Below are positions 59,355-64,000 of a stretch of DNA of 64,000 bases, one piece after another. Source of the DNA: Patescibacteria group bacterium (lineage in GTDB: Bacteria; Patescibacteriota; Microgenomatia; JAMCYU01); the NCBI GenBank assembly GCA_023473585.1, contig JAMCYU010000004.1:133748-197747 (forward strand), in the 5' to 3' direction. A program made the position numbers and the translations under genes. The notes beneath the pieces were generated by a model that saw only the letters and a program-made list of their open reading frames with translations, had not been told where the DNA came from and did no database searches. Position 1 is the first letter of the stretch. Every line of letters starts with the position of its first letter.

Positions 59355-60767
59355 TTACAACACCTCCTTTTCTTTTAATTTAGGAAAAACTTTTATTTTC
59401 TTCCCGAATAATTCCTCAATGACTTTCTCTAAAAGCTCTCTGATTTTTGTTTCCGATAAGCGCTCGTAGTGAAATTTATAAAACACATTAAGGACTAAAG
59501 TTTCGCCGTCATAAGCCCCGGGCTGGCAGGAACGCAGAAGGCCGGCCACCGAATGATTATACGGCTTAACGGCGGTTAAAATCTCCTCCCAACGGGTTTC
59601 TATCTCGGAAATCTGCTGATTGTCCCCAGAGACCTTTATTTGCGGGCTAGGTTTCGGCTCTGGGGATGACATTTCAACGATTGGTTGGGGAAATTCCGCT
59701 TTGGCCGGTCCAGCTTTTTCTTGACCGCCACACCATTCAACGACAGCCATCTCCAAAGGAAGCTCGGGAATTGAAGTATTTTTAAGTTCCTGACCGGCTT
59801 TTGAAAAAAGATTAATTAGGATTTTAAGGTCGCTAATTTCTAAATTTTCCAGCGGTTCCTGATAAGGGAAATTTTCTTGGGTTAAGCCGTATTTTTTTAA
59901 AAGATGAGCGTGTAATGTCTCTAAAATTGTTTGATTTAAAAATTTAAAATCCACTCCTTTTTCCGCCATTAAACCAATCATCTCTAGGCCCTGTTTCGCG
60001 TCATGGGTCGGTATCCAACCAAAAAGATTGCCGCCAATCTTCTTCTCTCCTAACACTTTTTGCACCATTTCGTCAGTAATCTTGGCTCTGGGATAAGCGG
60101 TCAAAACCTCCTCCAAAAGCTTATGGGCGTCGCGATAACTGCCATCGGCTAATTGCGCAATTTGTTCTAGGGCCTTCTCGTCAATCTCTCTTTCCTCTCC
60201 CCTTTTGGCCCTTTTGAGCGACTGGAGAAGATCCGAAATTCCGGCTTTTTTAAAATCAATTTGCCGGCAACGCGAGACGATGGTTTCGGGCAGTTTTTCC
60301 GCGTTAGTCGTGCAAAGAACAAAAAGAGCGTGTTCCGGCGGCTCTTCGAGGGTTTTTAAAAGAGCGTTAAAGGCTTCTGTTGTCAGCATGTGGACCTCGT
60401 CAATAATGTAAATTTTTTTCCTGGCTCCGGCAGGCGCCAACCTAATCTTGTCGCGCAAATCTCTGATTTCATCAATGCCGCGATTTGAGGCGGCATCAAT
60501 TTCTAAAATATCCAAATTCGTGCCGTTGGTGATGGAAAGACAGGTGGAGCAACGATTGCAAGGTTCGCCTTTACCATTATTTTTCTCGCAATTAAGACTT
60601 TTAGCGATAATTCTGGCGGATGAGGTTTTCCCGGTTCCTTTAGGTCCGGAAAATAAAAAAGCGTGGGGGGGCCTACCTGAAGATAAAATCTTTTCTAATT
60701 TCTCCCGAACTTCGGGGTTATCAATTTCGGCAATTTTTTGCGGTCGGTATTTTCGGTAAAGAACCAT
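59355..60767 (-). CDS. dnaX: DNA polymerase III gamma/tau subunit
   Basis: Walker A GPKGTGKTS, zinc module CNRCSTC and SRC-like TIVSRCRQ. Confidence 0.9.
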   Translation of the reverse strand: MVLYRKYRPQKIAEIDNPEVREKLEKILSSGRPPHAFLFSGPKGTGKTSSARIIAKSLNCEKNNGKGEPCNRCSTCLSITNGTNLDILEIDAASNRGIDEIRDLRDKIRLAPAGARKKIYIIDEVHMLTTEAFNALLKTLEEPPEHALFVLCTTNAEKLPETIVSRCRQIDFKKAGISDLLQSLKRAKRGEEREIDEKALEQIAQLADGSYRDAHKLLEEVLTAYPRAKITDEMVQKVLGEKKIGGNLFGWIPTHDAKQGLEMIGLMAEKGVDFKFLNQTILETLHAHLLKKYGLTQENFPYQEPLENLEISDLKILINLFSKAGQELKNTSIPELPLEMAVVEWCGGQEKAGPAKAEFPQPIVEMSSPEPKPSPQIKVSGDNQQISEIETRWEEILTAVKPYNHSVAGLLRSCQPGAYDGETLVLNVFYKFHYERLSETKIRELLEKVIEELFGKKIKVFPKLKEKEVL

Positions 60768-60841
60768 AATCTAATAAACAAATAAACTAATAATCTAATG
60801 ACCAATGACTAATCACTAATTCCTAATATCTATATCTAATT
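60768..60841. repeat. CTAAT-rich intergenic element, diverged copy R4
   Basis: AATCTAATAAACAAATAAACTAATAATCTAATGACCAATGACTAATCACTAATTCCTAATATC. It has tandem CTAAT units but lacks the TTAGAAATT arm. Confidence 0.45.
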
Positions 60842-61264
60842 TTATTGTTCCAGGCCGAATAAATTGGACAGGCCATGACAAACTAACTCGCCGATTTTTT
60901 GATCTACCAGTTTATTTTCGGCGCCGGCTAGTAACACTGCCTGCGGATAAGAAATGACGATGTCGCCGATACGTAAAACCCTGTCCGGCGGTGTCACAAA
61001 AGGCTTCCCTTCCTCAAGGGAAAAGGTCAAAACCGGAGTGGTATAGTCGTGCTGACGATATTTTTTATTCAAGGCTCGCATCTTACGGTCGCCGACAATA
61101 CTAAGACTCACTTCGATCTCGTTTTTGATTTTTCTCTCCACTAAGAATTTTTCGACCTCTTCCCTTAAAGACGCACGATTGATTAAAAATCTTGATTCGC
61201 TCTGAATAAGAACGTTAGCCACCGAGAACCTCCTTGACGATTTTGCTAACGATGCTTCCGTCAC
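60842..61264 (-). CDS. ybeY: YbeY-like endoribonuclease homologue with degenerate metal-binding motif
   Basis: RALNKKYRQHDYTTPVLTF matches the YbeY core. The C-terminal HGLSNLFGLEQ stands where the canonical motif is HGxLHLxGYDH, so two His and the Asp are substituted, and the protein ends immediately after. Confidence 0.55.
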   Translation of the reverse strand: MTEASLAKSSRRFSVANVLIQSESRFLINRASLREEVEKFLVERKIKNEIEVSLSIVGDRKMRALNKKYRQHDYTTPVLTFSLEEGKPFVTPPDRVLRIGDIVISYPQAVLLAGAENKLVDQKIGELVCHGLSNLFGLEQ

Positions 61265-61682
61265 TCTTACCCTTAACTTTAGCCATCACGTCTTTCATAA
61301 TTTGTCCAAAATCGTTTAACCCGCGTTCTTTGGCTTCGATCACTAATTTTTTAATCGCTTCTTCGGAAAGTGCTTCCGGCAAATATTTTTGTAAAAGACT
61401 TAATTCTTCTTCTTCCTTCTTAACTAGGTCGGCTCTTTGGCCAGTTTTAAAAGCCTCGATCGATTCTCGATGGGTTTTGGCCATTTTGGCAATAACCGCC
61501 GTGACGTCCTCATCCGGTAAACCACTGGAAGGAACGCCACCTTTTTCCGGTGGGTATTTTTCGATTTCAAGATTATGAATGGCGGAAAGCAAGAAACGCA
61601 GGGTTCTCACGATTTCTAGGTTTCTTTCTTTCAGCGCCCTCTCAAGATCTTGCTGAATTTTATCGAGAAGACCATTGTCCAT
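61215..61682 (-). CDS. GatB/YqeY-domain protein
   Basis: About 150 aa, helical; the ...IVSKIVKEVLGG C-terminus is typical. Confidence 0.7.
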   Translation of the reverse strand: MDNGLLDKIQQDLERALKERNLEIVRTLRFLLSAIHNLEIEKYPPEKGGVPSSGLPDEDVTAVIAKMAKTHRESIEAFKTGQRADLVKKEEEELSLLQKYLPEALSEEAIKKLVIEAKERGLNDFGQIMKDVMAKVKGKSDGSIVSKIVKEVLGG

Positions 61683-61866
61683 AAGTTTTATGACTGTACT
61701 TTCTCCTCTCCCGTTCTTTTTTTTCTTCTTTTCTGACCTCTGACGGCTTTTGATAAAATTCTCTTTTTTTTAGATCTTGCAGGATTCCTTCGGCGGCGAC
61801 TTTTTTACTGAATTTTCTGATCAGCGAGTCCGCCGTATCTCCCGGTTGAGCCTTAACCACGGCCAT
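61660..61866 (-). CDS. rpsU: 30S ribosomal protein S21
   Basis: MAVVKAQPGDTADSLIRKFSKKVAAEGILQDLKKREFYQKPSEVRK. Confidence 0.8.
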   Translation of the reverse strand: MAVVKAQPGDTADSLIRKFSKKVAAEGILQDLKKREFYQKPSEVRKEEKKERERRKYSHKTYGQWSSR

Positions 61867-61884
61867 TTGTTAATCCACCTCCTC

Positions 61885-62220
61885 CTAAAGTTTCTTTTCG
61901 GCTGTAATTTCGCCCATTAAATGAATATGAAAATGATCAACAAGTTGCGCTCCGCCGCCGTTACAAACAATTCTGTAACCACGACTTTCTAATTGATATT
62001 TTTTAATCATTTTTTTAACCATGTTAATTAATTCTTCCCAAATTATTTTATCTTGTTCGTCAAGTTTAATAAATTCCGTGATGTGTTTTTTCGGGACGAT
62101 TAACAGGTGAATTGGCGCCACGGGATGGATATCGGCAAAAACCATCACCAGGTTATTTTCGTCAACGAATTCCTTAGGTTTTTCTTTTCTGGCAAACTGA
62201 CAAAAAAGGCAATCAGACAT
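61885..62220 (-). CDS. HIT-family (histidine triad) protein
   Basis: C-terminal HFHIHLMG (HxHxHxx). Confidence 0.8.
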   Translation of the reverse strand: MSDCLFCQFARKEKPKEFVDENNLVMVFADIHPVAPIHLLIVPKKHITEFIKLDEQDKIIWEELINMVKKMIKKYQLESRGYRIVCNGGGAQLVDHFHIHLMGEITAEKKL

Positions 62221-63055
62221 TTTTGATGATTTCGATAATTTGTTTTAAGGTTAAACTCGTCGGTCTCATTTTCGGATTTTTGGTTGAACCGTTTAAAAGC
62301 TGGTGCTTGTCAATATGCAAAAACCAGGAAGCTTCCGGATCCGCCTCCTGCAATTTTTCGGCCAGGCGGCTTAAATCAATTTTAGGATCAGGCAGGGTTT
62401 TAATCCTCAAATAACCCTTTTTAGGATCTTTCCTCACGACCAAAATATAACCTTGTTTTTGACCGGTATGGACAACTTCATCATTCCCGGTTTTCAAACC
62501 CACCGCCCTTCCCCATCTTGTTTCGAACTCAAACGCTTCTTCTTTTAAGATTTTTTCCGCCCAAACCTTGTTTTGTAACTGTTTATAAATGCCGTCAAGC
62601 GCCACCATTCCTAAGTCAACCAGCTTTTGATGATCGTCAGGAGACAAAAGTTTCCAACCATCAAGTTGAGCCACCAGTCCCAAATTGTAAAAATCCGCCG
62701 TCGGATTCGGATAATAGACTTCCTGAAAATGGTCAATCTCGTTAACCACTTCAACCAATCTTTCCAAAGCTTCGTCAATTTTAACGCTTTTACCCTCGGG
62801 CAAATTCTTCATTCCTTCCAGAACTTTTTTGCTGGCGCTGGTTTTATCCAAGTTTTGATGATGATCGAATTTACCAAAACCCGTGTCAATGTGCAAAATT
62901 TCCTTGTTGGTGTCAACCGGCTGATTTTCAAAAGTTTCTCCGGCGGGCACAAATTCGACTTTTGCTTGCCCCCACCCGGGTAAGAGTTTTTTGATAAGCC
63001 AAAGACCGCAAATAGCGTCCAAATCCGGACTAAAATGGGTAACGAGAATTTTCAT
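62213..63055 (-). CDS. DHH-family phosphoesterase (NrnA-like)
   Basis: Motif I HFSPDLDAICG and motif III GKFDHHQ. Confidence 0.6.
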   Translation of the reverse strand: MKILVTHFSPDLDAICGLWLIKKLLPGWGQAKVEFVPAGETFENQPVDTNKEILHIDTGFGKFDHHQNLDKTSASKKVLEGMKNLPEGKSVKIDEALERLVEVVNEIDHFQEVYYPNPTADFYNLGLVAQLDGWKLLSPDDHQKLVDLGMVALDGIYKQLQNKVWAEKILKEEAFEFETRWGRAVGLKTGNDEVVHTGQKQGYILVVRKDPKKGYLRIKTLPDPKIDLSRLAEKLQEADPEASWFLHIDKHQLLNGSTKNPKMRPTSLTLKQIIEIIKNV

Positions 63056-63180
63056 AAAATAAACGCTTTGGCCTGACGTTAGGTTTTTATTTTATAACTT
63101 TCTGGGTTGCTTGACAAGAAGGAGGAGCGATTATGAAGTTTGACGATTATAAATACACCTTTAGGCTAATTTTGACTAAC

Positions 63181-64000
63181 TTAAGGCTTATATGATTTTA
63201 AGCGAGAGATAAGTTCAGAGAACGAGAGAAGTTCGGTTTTATCCTGACTTCTTACCTTCCATTCTATTTGCCCTTTGGTTTTGGGTGAAATGATTAATCT
63301 TACCGGCAAACCGATTAAATCAGCGTCGGCAAATTTTGAACCGGCGGAGGTCTCTTCCCGATCATCATAGAGAACCTCTATTCCCTCACCCTGCAATTTT
63401 TCGTAAATTTCCAAACCGTTTTCTTCTAGAGAAATTAGATGAGCCGAAAACGGAGCCACTTCTTCTGGCCAAATGATCCCTCTCTCATCATGGCTTGATT
63501 CCACGATCGTCGCCATTAATCTGCCTATCCCTATTCCGTAACAGCCCATTAAAATAGGTTTCTTTTCTCCTTTTTCATCGGCAAAGTAAGCCCCCAGCTT
63601 TTCCGAATAGCGCGTTCCTAATTTAAAAACATGACCATTTTCAATGGCGTTATTTTCCTCTAATTCTCCTCCGCATTTGGGACATTTTTCCTCTTTGCCT
63701 TTTTCTTCGTTTTCCGCCCAATCGCATTTCGTACAACACAAAACTTTGTCTTCACCTGTTTCACAAAGCATCATGAATTCGTGGGAAAAATTACCGCCGA
63801 TACACCCCGACTGCGCCTCAACAATTTTCGTCACCAAGCCGCACCGCGTAAAGATTTTTTTATAAGCTTTTATAACTTTAAAATAAAAATCATCCAGATC
63901 TTTATCGCTCGTATTAAAAGAATAAAGATCTTTCATTAGAAATTCCCTGACCCTTAAAAGTCCGCCGGTTGAGCGCATTTCGTTTCGAAATTTATTCTGA
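63181..64000 (-). CDS. proS: Prolyl-tRNA synthetase (partial; N-terminal part lies beyond the right edge)
   Basis: Class II motif REFLMKDLYSF, a Cys-rich insertion (CTKCDW...CPKCGG) and a C-terminal anticodon-binding domain. The frame is open to position 64000. Confidence 0.85.
   Translation of the reverse strand, partial: QNKFRNEMRSTGGLLRVREFLMKDLYSFNTSDKDLDDFYFKVIKAYKKIFTRCGLVTKIVEAQSGCIGGNFSHEFMMLCETGEDKVLCCTKCDWAENEEKGKEEKCPKCGGELEENNAIENGHVFKLGTRYSEKLGAYFADEKGEKKPILMGCYGIGIGRLMATIVESSHDERGIIWPEEVAPFSAHLISLEENGLEIYEKLQGEGIEVLYDDREETSAGSKFADADLIGLPVRLIISPKTKGQIEWKVRSQDKTELLSFSELISRLKSYKP

Overview
The 64-kb window reads as a compact, gene-dense bacterial chromosome segment, about 90% coding, with short intergenic regions and many small overlapping genes. 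The high density, multiple pilin paralogs, reduced aminoacyl-tRNA synthetase and release-factor architectures, H+-pyrophosphatase and a Fic gene suggest a reduced-genome lineage such as Patescibacteria/CPR; this is inference, not proven. TGA is a genuine stop codon here (it terminates pepA), so the standard code 11 applies.

Layout:
- 1-10.7 kb: a long minus-strand type IV pilus / competence-pilus operon, with no RT or CRISPR-Cas. Transcription order is pilB, pilT, pilC, an AT-rich four-helix-bundle gene, the major pilin, the prepilin peptidase pilD, six further pilin-like or minor-pilin genes (one with a Cys-rich C-terminal module), a PilX-like gene, and pilM.
- 10.8-18.3 kb: holB, gyrB, an H+-PPase gene (hppA), a tiny ORF and gyrA on the plus strand.
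- 18.9-19.8 kb: a XerC/D-type tyrosine recombinase, followed by a 1.1-kb ORF-free region (19.8-20.9 kb) carrying an AT tract, a perfect DnaA box and five degenerate hairpin repeats.
- The remainder is housekeeping: ruvC, yebC, tgt, lgt, efp, pepA, tRNA-Leu(CAA), dnaB, a hisS-like gene, rpmE, an RF1-like gene, htrA, ctpA, rpsR-ssb-rpsF, ychF, cysS, recR, prs, an ahcY-kinase-apt-mtnP salvage cluster, dnaX-ybaB, ybeY, rpsU and proS.

Most worth a second look:
1. The ORF-free repeat region beside the recombinase, which may be an origin, an iteron region or an element remnant.
2. Two families of short dispersed repeats. One is a CTAATT-rich palindromic intergenic element. The other is a pair of AT-rich simple-repeat families that sit in frame inside unrelated genes.
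3. A pilin with a Thr-Pro linker and a Cys-rich C-terminal module.
4. A domain-1-less RF1 homologue carrying PQT in place of PAT.
5. A HisRS lacking the anticodon-binding domain.
6. A low-GC three-gene islet next to tRNA-Leu.
7. An AT-rich Avd-like four-helix-bundle gene lodged inside the pilus operon.
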